NCBI GenBank assembly: GCA_031414535.1
Contig: JANNVQ010000053.1
Location: 32,001-96,000 of the forward strand
Source: Gemmatimonas sp.
GTDB taxonomy: Bacteria; Gemmatimonadota; Gemmatimonadetes; Gemmatimonadales; Gemmatimonadaceae
Direction: 5' to 3'
DNA: 64,000 nucleotides
A program made the translations under genes and the position numbers. Each line of letters starts with the position of its first letter. The stretch's first letter is position 1. The notes beneath the pieces were generated by a model that ran no database searches, was not told the DNA's origin, and was given only the letters and a program-made list of their open reading frames with translations. Shown here one piece after another: positions 37,762 through 47,885 of this stretch.

Positions 37762-38747
37762 ACATCTTCGGAGTGAACTTCGCGGCGCCTTGGGCACTCG
37801 TGTTTGTGCTGCCACTGTTTGCATGGCTGCTGTGGCGGAGGCGTCGCAAGCCGCCTGCGCTGCTGTACGCTCGCGCCGGCCTGCTGGCCGACGGTCCGCG
37901 TCGCGGAGGGTGGACGGCGCGCCTGCTCGTCTCCCTGCGCGTCCTCGCACTCCTCGCACTCGTGGTCGCGCTGGCGCGTCCACGCACGGGCGCACGGACC
38001 GAGACGCTGCGTGGGGATGGCATCAGCATCGTCATCGCGATGGATATCTCGAGTTCGATGCTCGCCGAGGATTTTCAGCCGGCCAACCGTCTTGAAGTCG
38101 CGAAGGAGACCGCGAAGGAATTCATCGCCGCACGCGACGCCGACCAAGTGGGCATGGTCGCCTTTGCTGGCGAGGCGCTCACGCAGGTGCCGCTCACGCT
38201 GGACTATCCCGTGCTTCTCGCGGCCGTGGATAATCTCCAGCCCGGTCAGCTCGAGGATGGCACGGCGATTGGCACAGCCTTGGTCACCGCCACGAATCGT
38301 TTGCGCGACGCCGACGGACGCTCGCGCGTGGTCATCCTGCTCACCGATGGCGAGAACAATCGTGGAGCCATTGACCCGCGTACGGCGGCTCAAGCGGCGG
38401 CCGCCATGGGCATCCGTGTGCACACGGTCGGTATCGGCAGTGAGGGTGTAGCTCCAGTGCCTGTGGGCCGCGGGGTCTTCGGGTTGCGCTATGAGAATCG
38501 CCCCGTGCGCATTGACGAGCCTCTGCTCGAGGACATCGCGAAGACCACGGGCGGCCGCTATCAGCGCGCGCGAGACGCCGAGGCCCTGCGGCGCACATAT
38601 CAGCAGATTGACGCGCTAGAGCGCGCGCCGATGCGTGAGGCGCGGCTGGTGCGCTTTCAGGACTGGTATCTTTGGCCGCTCGGCATCGCGCTTACTGCCC
38701 TTATGCTGGAACTCGCCATTCTGTGGCGACGAGGGCCTCTGCCATGA
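37758..38747 (+). CDS. VWA-domain membrane protein, BatA-like
   Basis: N-terminal double TM then ALARP; MIDAS DISSSM; DGTAIG; LLTDGENN. Confidence 0.9.
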   Translation: MNIFGVNFAAPWALVFVLPLFAWLLWRRRRKPPALLYARAGLLADGPRRGGWTARLLVSLRVLALLALVVALARPRTGARTETLRGDGISIVIAMDISSSMLAEDFQPANRLEVAKETAKEFIAARDADQVGMVAFAGEALTQVPLTLDYPVLLAAVDNLQPGQLEDGTAIGTALVTATNRLRDADGRSRVVILLTDGENNRGAIDPRTAAQAAAAMGIRVHTVGIGSEGVAPVPVGRGVFGLRYENRPVRIDEPLLEDIAKTTGGRYQRARDAEALRRTYQQIDALERAPMREARLVRFQDWYLWPLGIALTALMLELAILWRRGPLP

Positions 38748-40453
38748 TGCGCTTCGTGGATTACCCATGGATGGCGCTCTCGGCAATCGTCATTGCTCTG
38801 GTCGCATTTGTGTTGGTGCTGGCCGGACACGCCCGTCGTCGGAAGCGCCTCGCGCGCTTCGGTACGGCCGAAGCCATCGCGCGGCTCGCGCCCGCCGATG
38901 CAGCTATCCCGCCGCGCGCGCGCGCCTGGCGGCTTGCCCTCGCGGCGCTCTGCTTGGCCATTGCCATCGCCGGTCCGCGCTGGGGACGAAGTGATCAAAC
39001 CCTCGAAGTCGAAGGCGTGGATGTCGCCATCGCGCTCGATCTCTCCCTTTCGATGATGGCCGAGGATGAGCGACCGAGTCGCTTGGAACGCATGAAGCAG
39101 GAAGTCCGTCGTCTGCGTGCGTCCGCGCCCGGAGACCGCTTTGCGCTCATTGGTTTTGCGGGGCGCAGCTATATCCTCTCGCCGCTCACCTCCGATGACG
39201 GCGCGATTGACCTGTTTCTTGATAACCTGAGTCCGAGTATCGTTGGCCAAGCGGGCTCAGCGATGGCGCCGCCACTACGCCAGGGCATCGACCTCTTGCT
39301 GGCCAGTCGAGGCGATGCAGACCGCGCGCTCGTCATCATGAGCGATGGCGAAGCCTTTGATGATCATCAGGAAGCGCTCGCGCTCGCGGCGGAGGTCAAG
39401 GAGGCGGGCTTGCATCTGATCACCGTCGGCTTCGGTACGCCCACTGGTGGCACCATTCCTGTGAATGGCCCCAACGGCCGCGATGTGAAGCGTGATGAGA
39501 ACGGGGAAGTGGTGCAGACGATGTACGATCCCACGCTGCTGGAAGCGCTCGCCACCGCCGCAGGCGGGGAGTTCATCGCCGCGGAGGCGACGGACAAGGG
39601 CAATCGCATTCGGCGCGCGCTGGCCGGGCTCGAGACCGCATCGCGCGAGGAGGCCCAGCGCCTGAATCGTCCGGCGCAATATCACTGGTTCGCGCTCGTC
39701 GCACTCGTCGTGTTGCTGCTTGACGCGTGGTTCGCTGATGGGGGCCGCCTGCCGGGTTGGCTGGCGCGTTGGCTGCCGCGTTGGCTGCCGCGTTGGTTGA
39801 ATCGTCGCTCTCGCACTGTATCCGCCGCTTTGCTGACGTTCATTCTCTGTTCTGCCACCGATCTTCAAGGGCAGGCCTCGCTGGAAGATGCTTTGCGCGC
39901 CCAGCGCGATGGCCGCACGGCTGAGGCCATTCGGCAGTACCGCACGATTCTCGGCGAGGGCGACAAGCGTCCGGTGCTGATGTACAATCTCGGCACCGCG
40001 TTGCTGGCGGCGGACTCACTGGACGGCGCGGTTGAGGCCCTTGAGCGTGCCCTGTTCACATCGGACGAGGAACTGCGCACGCGCGCGCGCTACAATCTTG
40101 GTCTGGCGTATCTGAAGCGCGGTCTGCGGCTTGATGGCGATGCGCGGAGCGCTGCGCTGCAAAGCGCGCGACGCGCTTTCCGCACCGTGCTACTCGAGCG
40201 CCCTGGTAATCCCGAGGCGCAATGGAACTACGAGCTCGCCTTGCGTGCGCCGACTGGTGGGGGTGGTGGTTCGTCCAACAATCAGCAGAACCAAAGTCAG
40301 TCGCCAGCACCCACGCCTCAGCAACAGGGCGCGATGTCGAAGCAGCAGGCGGAAATCCTGCTCGACGCTGCCGCACGTGAAGAGCGCGAAACGCAGGCTC
40401 GCCGGCAGCGCGGCAACACGCCGCTGCGCTCCGCGGGGCAGAAGGACTGGTGA
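38744..40453 (+). CDS. VWA + TPR membrane protein, BatB/BatC-like fusion
   Basis: AGPRWG, DLSLSM, SDGE; then TM and TPR repeats (YNLGTA, YNLGLAY, WNYELA); Q-rich linker; C-terminal KDW. Confidence 0.85.
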   Translation: MMRFVDYPWMALSAIVIALVAFVLVLAGHARRRKRLARFGTAEAIARLAPADAAIPPRARAWRLALAALCLAIAIAGPRWGRSDQTLEVEGVDVAIALDLSLSMMAEDERPSRLERMKQEVRRLRASAPGDRFALIGFAGRSYILSPLTSDDGAIDLFLDNLSPSIVGQAGSAMAPPLRQGIDLLLASRGDADRALVIMSDGEAFDDHQEALALAAEVKEAGLHLITVGFGTPTGGTIPVNGPNGRDVKRDENGEVVQTMYDPTLLEALATAAGGEFIAAEATDKGNRIRRALAGLETASREEAQRLNRPAQYHWFALVALVVLLLDAWFADGGRLPGWLARWLPRWLPRWLNRRSRTVSAALLTFILCSATDLQGQASLEDALRAQRDGRTAEAIRQYRTILGEGDKRPVLMYNLGTALLAADSLDGAVEALERALFTSDEELRTRARYNLGLAYLKRGLRLDGDARSAALQSARRAFRTVLLERPGNPEAQWNYELALRAPTGGGGGSSNNQQNQSQSPAPTPQQQGAMSKQQAEILLDAAAREERETQARRQRGNTPLRSAGQKDW

Positions 40454-42465
40454 TGCGTCGCCTCGCACTCGCGTTGGCCCTCGGGGCAGCGCTTCCGCTC
40501 GCCGCGCAGAATCCAGATGGTGTGGCGTTGCGCGCGTCGGTGAGCGCCGACACCGTTTTTGTCGGCCAGCAGGTGACGTATACGCTTTCGGTGAGCATCC
40601 CCACGGCCGTGCGTCAGCGCCTGAGGCGTAATCCGGAGTTCGTGCCGCCCGATCCGCGTTCGATGCTCGCGTACGATCTGCCCCTCTCGCGGGTGGGAGA
40701 CGCGTCGTCAGAGCAGGAAGTGCACACGTTTCGGCGCGCGCTCTTCGTGCTCACGCCGGGTAGATACTCCCTCGGGCCCGCGCGCCTCACGTACTCGCTT
40801 CCGCAAAGCGCGAGCTTCTTCAGTCGCGAGGACGAGCGCACGCTGCGTGCCGACGGCGTCAGCTTCATCGCGGTGGAGCCGCCCGCACGGGGGCGTCCCA
40901 GCGATTGGCTCGGCGCCGTTGGGCGCTGGAGCGCCACGCTGCGCGCCGACCCTAGCTCCACCCGCGTTGGTGATCCTTTTGTCCTCGTGCTGCGGCTCGA
41001 GGGCACCGGAAACGCCACCTTATTGCCCCGCCCACCGCTGAGCATTCCGTGGGCCGACGTTGTGCCGCAGGACGAGCGCGTGGTGCTGGACTCCACCCCC
41101 GCGCTCTTCGGCGGCACCAAGGAGTTCGCGTGGTTGGTGACGCCGCGCGAGCCCGGCTCGCGCGTGGTATCGCCCATTGATTACCAGGTCTTCAATCCAA
41201 ACGACCGTCGGTATGAGACGATTAGTACGGCCTCGGTCACGGTGAATGTCCGACCTGGCGCGCTGGTGGCCGTGCCCACGCGCGCCGCGGCTCGTGGCGA
41301 CACCGCGACGCTTGCGCTGCGAGCCACGCTGCGTGGCACTTCATTCGTTGGACTGCCGTATCGCGTTCCCCTGACGTGGCTGGCCCTGCTTGCGCCCCTG
41401 CCTTGGTTCGTCGCGCGCCTCCGGCCACGATTCAAGCGCCGGCGCGACGCGGTCCCCAGTGGTGACGCACCTCGCAGCGTGCGCGCCTTCCTTGAGCAGT
41501 CGCTTAACGCCCGCACCGGCGTAGATCTCGCCGCTTACACCACACCCGGCACGCTGACCTCCGCGCTGCGGCTCGAAGGCGTGACGCCAGAAACTGCCGC
41601 CGAGGTTGAGGCGGTTCGCGATGCCTGTGATGCACAGGGCTTCGAGCGTATGCGTCGCTCCGGTTCACAGGAAGCCATCACCGAATCCGTGGCGCATTCG
41701 GTGCGCGCTCGCGCCGCATCCGTGCTCGCCAAGGTGCATGCGGAAGCGCGAAGCCGCGTTCTGCTTGTCTTGCTTTCGCTCGGCCTCCTCGGCGGCTGCA
41801 TGCGCATTGCCGACAGCGCCGAGGCCTTGCAGCACTTTACGGAAGGACGCACGGCGTACGCAGGGCGCGACTTCGTGCGGGCTCGCGAGTCGTTCCGCCG
41901 AGCTGCCTCACTCGCGCCGCGCGATGCGTCTGCCTGGGCCAACCTCGGCAGCGCCGCTTGGGCCGCGCGCGATACAGCCAACGCCGTGTTCGCTTGGCAG
42001 CGCGCGCTGCGCCTGGACCCCACCGCGAGTGACGTGCGCGAGCGCTTGGCCCGCGTGCCGGCGCCTCAGCATCGCGGCGCGGCGCGCGTGTGGCGGGTCT
42101 CGCCGCTGCCTGTCCTCGCGCTCGGCCTGTTGCTGTGGTTCGTTGGCTGGTGGTGGTCCTATGCGCAGGCCCGCGCCAATCGCTCCACGCGTTGGCCACT
42201 CTTGGCACTTCTGCCAGCCATGCTCTGCATCGGCACGGGGGCTTGGCTCGATAGCATCTTGGCCGCGCGTGACCTTGTGGTGCTCGCCAGTCCCGCGCCG
42301 CTCCGTGCGTTGCCGGCCCTCGGCGCCGACCCGGGTGCGATGCCCATCACGGGCGAGATTGCCCGCGTGATGGAGCGTCGCGGTGTTTGGTTGCGGCTTG
42401 AGCTCGATGGGGGCCGTGAGGGCTGGTATCCGGCCGCGCGTGTGCTCCCGCTCGCGCGCAATTGA
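40450..42465 (+). CDS. BatD-like protein fused to a TPR/SH3 (BatE-like) module
   Basis: Signal peptide; Ig-like domains (GAVGRW, LEGTGN); TPR (AWANLG, RALRLDP); C-terminal WLRLELDGGREGWYP (SH3b-like). Confidence 0.75.
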   Translation: MMRRLALALALGAALPLAAQNPDGVALRASVSADTVFVGQQVTYTLSVSIPTAVRQRLRRNPEFVPPDPRSMLAYDLPLSRVGDASSEQEVHTFRRALFVLTPGRYSLGPARLTYSLPQSASFFSREDERTLRADGVSFIAVEPPARGRPSDWLGAVGRWSATLRADPSSTRVGDPFVLVLRLEGTGNATLLPRPPLSIPWADVVPQDERVVLDSTPALFGGTKEFAWLVTPREPGSRVVSPIDYQVFNPNDRRYETISTASVTVNVRPGALVAVPTRAAARGDTATLALRATLRGTSFVGLPYRVPLTWLALLAPLPWFVARLRPRFKRRRDAVPSGDAPRSVRAFLEQSLNARTGVDLAAYTTPGTLTSALRLEGVTPETAAEVEAVRDACDAQGFERMRRSGSQEAITESVAHSVRARAASVLAKVHAEARSRVLLVLLSLGLLGGCMRIADSAEALQHFTEGRTAYAGRDFVRARESFRRAASLAPRDASAWANLGSAAWAARDTANAVFAWQRALRLDPTASDVRERLARVPAPQHRGAARVWRVSPLPVLALGLLLWFVGWWWSYAQARANRSTRWPLLALLPAMLCIGTGAWLDSILAARDLVVLASPAPLRALPALGADPGAMPITGEIARVMERRGVWLRLELDGGREGWYPAARVLPLARN

Positions 42466-42496
42466 TTCCGACCTGTCGCTCCCGGAGATTGCAGGC

Positions 42497-44245
42497 ATGA
42501 CCGCATCGCGGATTGCCATTCTTGCGCCAGACGTAGCCGACCGCATTGCCGCCGGCGAGGTAGTGGAGCGTCCGGCGTCCGTGGTGAAGGAACTGCTGGA
42601 GAATGCGCTCGATGCCGGCGCCACGCACATCGAGCTTGAACTCCGAGACGGCGGCCGCGCACTCATTCGTGTGAGCGACGACGGTGGTGGGATGACGCGC
42701 GAGGAGGCTCAGCTGGCCATCGCTCGCCACGCCACCAGCAAGATTCGCGATGCCGAGGACCTCGTGGGCGTATCCAGTTTCGGATTTCGCGGCGAGGCGC
42801 TACCGGCCATTGGATCGGTGGCGCATCTGCACATCGAGACCGCCACCGACGATGGGGCGGGCACTCGCGTAGAGGTCAGCGGCGGGACTCTTGTCGCCGT
42901 GAAGGATGCGACCCGACGTCGTGGCACCACCGTCAGTGTCGAGTCGCTGTTCTATAACACGCCGGCCCGACAGAAGTTCTTGCGCGGAACGCGCTCCGAG
43001 TGGCGTGCGGTGCTCGACTTGCTGCACACTATTGCTTTGCTGAGACGTGATCTGCGACTCAGCGTGACGCACGATGGCAAGGAACAGTTAACGCTCGCGC
43101 CCGCGCGCAGCCTCTCGGAACGCGTCGCCGCGCTCTGGGGACCCGATGCCGCGGACCGGATGGTGGCCGTGAACGACATTCAGGGCTCCATCCGTGTGAG
43201 TGGGCTCGCTGAGCGTCCCAGTGAGGTGGGCCTCGGCACGCGGCGTGTCCTCGTGACTGTCAATGGCCGCGCCGTGCGTGACACCGGGGTCATTCGCGCG
43301 GCCGAGGCGGCGTATCGCTCCACCATTCCATCCGGCGTGCGGCCGTCCTTGCTGCTGCAACTCGAGTTGCCCGGTGGAGATGTTGATGTGAACGTGCATC
43401 CCGCCAAGGCTGAGGTGCGCTTCCGCGATCGCTGGACCCTTGAGCGCGCGGTGGAACGCGCCGTGCGCCAAGCGCTCGGTACCGAGGATGCCGTCGCCGC
43501 CGTTGGCATTGTGCGCGGTGTCCCCGAGGGGCCGGAACTCGGGCGCGCGCTTGGTGTTGAGGTGCTGCGTCAGGCTCCCGTGGCGACGCCCGCGCCGCTC
43601 TTTGACCAAGCGCACGCCCCTCACGCGCACGCACGCTCCGAGGTCGAGGCAGCGGAAGCGCCCGCCGACGAGATCATCGTACCGCCGCTCTTCCAGTTCC
43701 ATCGCACGTACATTGCCTTCGAACGTCACGACGCCCTCGTACTCATTGACCAGCACTCGGCGCACGAGCGTGTGTTGTACGAGCGTTTCTTGCAGGCTTT
43801 CGAAGGCGGGCAGATGCCGAGCCAACGCTTGCTGTTTCCGCTCACGTTGCATTTGTCGCCCGCGGAGGCGGAAGTTTTCGAGGCGGAGCGCGAATCGCTA
43901 GGCAAGCTGGGCTTCGAGGGTGAGGCCTTTGGAGGCAGTTCTGTGGTGGTGCACAGCGTCCCCTCGCCGCATCCGCGCTTTGACGCGGAACGTTGCCTGC
44001 GCGATACCTTGGCCGCGCTGACGGGAGACCGCGAGCCTAGCGCGCACGCACGGCACACCCGGCTCGTCGCGACGATTGCCTGTAAGGCGGCCGTCAAGAG
44101 TGGCGATCTACTCGCGCCGGACGAGATGCGTGGGCTCTATGTAGCGCTTGCGCGCACCACCTTGCCCGCGCACGACGTGCACGGGCGCGCGACCATCCTG
44201 CAGTTGGGGTGGGGCGAGATTGATCGGCGGTTTGGACGTGCCTGA
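42497..44245 (+). CDS. mutL: DNA mismatch repair endonuclease MutL
   Basis: IAAGEVVERPASVVKELLENALDAGA, GFRGEAL, DVNVHPAKAEVRF, DQHSAHER, ACKAA. Confidence 0.96.
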   Translation: MTASRIAILAPDVADRIAAGEVVERPASVVKELLENALDAGATHIELELRDGGRALIRVSDDGGGMTREEAQLAIARHATSKIRDAEDLVGVSSFGFRGEALPAIGSVAHLHIETATDDGAGTRVEVSGGTLVAVKDATRRRGTTVSVESLFYNTPARQKFLRGTRSEWRAVLDLLHTIALLRRDLRLSVTHDGKEQLTLAPARSLSERVAALWGPDAADRMVAVNDIQGSIRVSGLAERPSEVGLGTRRVLVTVNGRAVRDTGVIRAAEAAYRSTIPSGVRPSLLLQLELPGGDVDVNVHPAKAEVRFRDRWTLERAVERAVRQALGTEDAVAAVGIVRGVPEGPELGRALGVEVLRQAPVATPAPLFDQAHAPHAHARSEVEAAEAPADEIIVPPLFQFHRTYIAFERHDALVLIDQHSAHERVLYERFLQAFEGGQMPSQRLLFPLTLHLSPAEAEVFEAERESLGKLGFEGEAFGGSSVVVHSVPSPHPRFDAERCLRDTLAALTGDREPSAHARHTRLVATIACKAAVKSGDLLAPDEMRGLYVALARTTLPAHDVHGRATILQLGWGEIDRRFGRA

Positions 44246-45149
44246 GCTACGAATCATTACGGGACCAACAGGGGCAGGGAAGTCTGCCCTCGCGCTTGAG
44301 TTGGCGGGGCGCCACGGCGCGCGGATTATCTCGGCGGACTCGCGTCAGATTTATCGCGGCTTCGACATCGGTACCGCTAAACCCGGTAGTGCTGAGCAGG
44401 CGCGTGTCGCGCACGCTGGAATTGATGTCGCCGAGCCAAGCGAGCGATGGAACGCCGCGAAGTGGGCTGATGCGGCACGAGAATGGCTTGCCGAGGACGC
44501 AGGTGGTGGTCGCCCCTCCATCATCGTTGGAGGGACCGGCCTCTGGCTGCAGGCGCTGGTGAAGCCGCTCGCGGATGAGCCGCCGATGGATCCGGAGCGT
44601 CGCGCCCTCGTCCAACGCGAACTGGATGCGCTCGACCTCACAGCGCTTCGGGAGTTGGTGCAGCAGCTCGACCCTGCCCGCGCGCACTTGGGGCGCGCGC
44701 AGTTGCTGCGCGCTGCGGAAGTCGCTCGCGTGACGGGGGAGAAGCTGAGCGACTGGCACGCTCGAGGGAGCACGAAGCCGCGCTTGAGCGCTCGCTGGCT
44801 CGTGGTGGATCCCGGCCCTAAGCTCGCCCTGCAGCTCGAGGCGCGTCGCACCGTCATGTTGGAGGCGGGCTGGCTTCACGAAGTCCGGGCGTTGAGCGCT
44901 GTCGTTCCAGACGAGGCCCCCGCGTGGAACGCTTGCGGGTATCGCGAGATTCGTGAGGTGGTGCGGGGAACGCGTGCGCTCGACGATGCTTTGCTCGCCG
45001 TGAGTATTAGTACGCGGCAGTACGCTAAACGCCAGCGCACCTGGTTCCGTAATCAATTGGACAACGTGGGGCCGGTAACGCGGCTCGATCCCCAAGCGGC
45101 CAATGCGGCCGACTTAGCCGAACGATGGTTCTCCGAGGACAAATCGTGA
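44238..45149 (+). CDS. miaA: tRNA dimethylallyltransferase
   Basis: GPTGAGKS, ISADSRQIYRGFDIGTAKP, VGGTGL, TRQYAKRQRTWFR. Confidence 0.96.
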   Translation: MPELRIITGPTGAGKSALALELAGRHGARIISADSRQIYRGFDIGTAKPGSAEQARVAHAGIDVAEPSERWNAAKWADAAREWLAEDAGGGRPSIIVGGTGLWLQALVKPLADEPPMDPERRALVQRELDALDLTALRELVQQLDPARAHLGRAQLLRAAEVARVTGEKLSDWHARGSTKPRLSARWLVVDPGPKLALQLEARRTVMLEAGWLHEVRALSAVVPDEAPAWNACGYREIREVVRGTRALDDALLAVSISTRQYAKRQRTWFRNQLDNVGPVTRLDPQAANAADLAERWFSEDKS

Positions 45150-46279
45150 AGGTTGGTATCACCTGCTATCCCACCTACGGCGGATCTGGCGCCGTGGCGA
45201 CTGAACTCGGCATCGCGCTCGCGGCCCGCGGCCACGACGTGCACTTCATCACCTACGAGCATCCGTTTCGGCTACCGCACTTTTTGCCGCGCGTCACCTT
45301 TCACGAGGTGAACATTGGCAACTATCCGTTGTTCGAGTATCCGCCCTACGATTTGGCGCTCGCGGTACGCATGCGCGAGGTGGTACTCTCGCAGGGACTC
45401 GATCTCCTGCACGTGCACTATGCCATCCCCCACGCCACCAGCGCCTGGATTGCCAAGGAGATGCTGGCGACGGAGGGCCGCAAGCTGCCCGTTGTGACCA
45501 CCCTTCACGGCACCGACATCACCATCGTCGGCCGAGATCACTCGTACCAGGCCATCACGCGGTTCAGCATTGATCGGTCCGATCGCGTGACCAGCGTGTC
45601 GCAGTGGCTGAAGGACGAGACCATCAAGGCCTTCGGCTGCGAGAACACGCGCATCGAAGTCATTCCGAATTTTGTGGATCCTGTTGCCTTCGACCGTGCG
45701 AAGCACGGCCACACGCTGCGCGATGAGCTGGGACACGGCCAGCCGGTCTTGATGCACATCTCAAACTTCAGACCCGTCAAGCGCGTCCGCGATGTCGTGC
45801 GCACATTTGCCCTCGTGCGCGCCCAACGGCCGTGCACGCTCGTGATGGTCGGTGATGGACCCGATCGCGGGGCAGCCGAAGATGAGGCGCGGACGCTGGG
45901 GGTCGCGAACGATGTGCGCTTCTTGGGACGCATTGATGACGTCGCTCCCTTGCTCGCGGCAGCGGACATCTACCTCTTTCCCTCCGAGACCGAGAGCTTC
46001 GGCCTCAGTGCCCTCGAAGCCTTAGCCAGCGGTGTGCCCGTCATCGCCTCGCATGTCGGCGGCATCTCCGATGTGGTGAAGCCAGGAATCACAGGCGAAA
46101 TGCTTCCGCTCGGCGATGTTGAGGGGATGGCCGCCGCCGCACTCGCTTACTTGGAACCCACTAGATGGGCCGCGGCATCGGTCGCCGCCGCCGCGGATGC
46201 CCGCCTGCGCTTCTCCACCGCGGATGTCGTCGCGCGCTACGAGAAGCTCTACACAGAGGCGCTGGCGGCAGTCCGCTAA
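45146..46279 (+). CDS. bshA: N-acetyl-alpha-D-glucosaminyl L-malate synthase (bacillithiol synthesis)
   Basis: [61 protein letters not shown]. Confidence 0.93.
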   Translation: MKVGITCYPTYGGSGAVATELGIALAARGHDVHFITYEHPFRLPHFLPRVTFHEVNIGNYPLFEYPPYDLALAVRMREVVLSQGLDLLHVHYAIPHATSAWIAKEMLATEGRKLPVVTTLHGTDITIVGRDHSYQAITRFSIDRSDRVTSVSQWLKDETIKAFGCENTRIEVIPNFVDPVAFDRAKHGHTLRDELGHGQPVLMHISNFRPVKRVRDVVRTFALVRAQRPCTLVMVGDGPDRGAAEDEARTLGVANDVRFLGRIDDVAPLLAAADIYLFPSETESFGLSALEALASGVPVIASHVGGISDVVKPGITGEMLPLGDVEGMAAAALAYLEPTRWAAASVAAAADARLRFSTADVVARYEKLYTEALAAVR

Positions 46280-46306
46280 CGAGCTGCCGCGCTTACCTTT
46301 CGCGTC

Positions 46307-47122
46307 ATGCAGGAACCCTCGCTCTGGCAAGCCATCATCCTCGGCACCCTTCAAGGGCTGACCGAGTTCCTTCCCGTTTCCAGTTCCGCGCACCTCTCCC
46401 TGACTCCATGGGTCATGGGATGGCAGCCCGCCGGACTCGGTTTCGATGTGGCGCTGCACATCGGGACCTTGATCGCCTTGGTCTGGTACTTCCGTTCTGA
46501 ATGGGCGCGCCTCATTCGCGGCGGCATCACCCTGCTTGTCAATCGTGGGCCCGTCGATGACGGCTCGCGTCAGGCGCTCTTCATCATAATTGCGACGATC
46601 CCCGCGGGCATCGCGGGGCTGCTGCTTGAAGAACTCGCCGAGACCGTCTTTCGCGCTCCGATCATCACGGCCATCATGCTTATCGTCATGGGTGCGGTGC
46701 TCTGGATTGTGGATGCCAAGGCCGCGACGAATCGCACGCGCCAGGAGATGACCTGGCGCGACGCCGTGCTCGTGGGGCTGGCGCAGTGTCTCGCCTTGGT
46801 GCCCGGTGTCTCGCGCTCCGGCAGCACGATGACGGCGGGGCGCGCCCTCGGGTTCGATCGCAGCAACGCGGCCGTCTTCTCGTTCTTGATGTCGCTGCCG
46901 ATCATCTCGGCCGCCATCATTTTCAAGGTGCCTGACGCGCTGCGGGAGGGTGTCAGCGTGCCGCTCCTGGCGGGCATTGCCGCCGCCGCGGTCAGCAGTT
47001 GGCTCGCGATTTCTGTGTTGCTGCGCTTTGTGAAGACGCAGAGCTATGCCGTCTTCGCTGTCTATCGCTTCGTTCTCGGCGCCGTCATTCTTGGGCTGAT
47101 CGCCACGCGGGGCGGCTGGTGA
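46307..47122 (+). CDS. uppP: Undecaprenyl-diphosphate phosphatase
   Basis: QGLTEFLPVSSSAH, PGVSRSGST, FSFLMSLP, FAVYR. Confidence 0.95.
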   Translation: MQEPSLWQAIILGTLQGLTEFLPVSSSAHLSLTPWVMGWQPAGLGFDVALHIGTLIALVWYFRSEWARLIRGGITLLVNRGPVDDGSRQALFIIIATIPAGIAGLLLEELAETVFRAPIITAIMLIVMGAVLWIVDAKAATNRTRQEMTWRDAVLVGLAQCLALVPGVSRSGSTMTAGRALGFDRSNAAVFSFLMSLPIISAAIIFKVPDALREGVSVPLLAGIAAAAVSSWLAISVLLRFVKTQSYAVFAVYRFVLGAVILGLIATRGGW

Positions 47123-47874
47123 GCTGGTTTGGATTCTCTGGCGATGCGCTCGCGCGCGCGCTGGAGCTTCCGCGGGTGGAAGCCCACGCCTCGCTGTCTT
47201 CGACCATGGATGAGGCACATGCGCTCGCTGCTGGTGGAGCGCCGGCGGGGACGCTCGTACTCGCCGAACTGCAGACGGCGGGGCGGGGACGGGGCGGCAA
47301 GCGTTGGACCTCCGAGCCACGCGCCGGGATCTGGGCCACCTTGATCGAACGCCCACGCGACGCCAGTGGCATCGAGGTGCTCTCCCTGCGCGTGGGACTC
47401 GCACTCGCTCGCGTGCTCACGCGCTGGGCGGAACGCGACATCCAGCTGAAGTGGCCAAACGATCTGTTTGTTGATTCTCGCAAGCTTGCCGGTGTTCTTA
47501 TCGAGGCGCGCTGGCGCGATCAGCGCCCAGATTGGGTCGCGATTGGCATCGGCATCAACCTCCGCGTGCCCGCCGACCAGCCCGACGCCACCGCCCTCGC
47601 TGGCGCCGAAGCTGACACCGAAGCTGACACCGAAGCTGACGCCGTGCTTGGCGAGATCGTACCGGCCCTGCGAGCCGCCGCCTTCGCCTCGGGCCCGCTC
47701 TCGGATGTAGAATTGCGCGAGTTCGCCGCTCGGGACTTCGCCCGAGACCGGGTACTCGTGGCGCCAGCGGCCGGTTGGGCCCGCGGCATCACCGCCGATG
47801 GCGCCCTGCTGATAGAATCCTCCAACGGCGCGCTGTCATCGTATCGCGCTGGATCGCTCGTCCTCTCTTCCTGA
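47119..47874 (+). CDS. birA: Biotin--protein ligase (no N-terminal HTH)
   Basis: QTAGRGRGG, LKWPNDL, KLAGVLIE, IGIGIN. Confidence 0.9.
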   Translation: MSWFGFSGDALARALELPRVEAHASLSSTMDEAHALAAGGAPAGTLVLAELQTAGRGRGGKRWTSEPRAGIWATLIERPRDASGIEVLSLRVGLALARVLTRWAERDIQLKWPNDLFVDSRKLAGVLIEARWRDQRPDWVAIGIGINLRVPADQPDATALAGAEADTEADTEADAVLGEIVPALRAAAFASGPLSDVELREFAARDFARDRVLVAPAAGWARGITADGALLIESSNGALSSYRAGSLVLSS

Positions 47875-47885
47875 GGCATCTGCCT

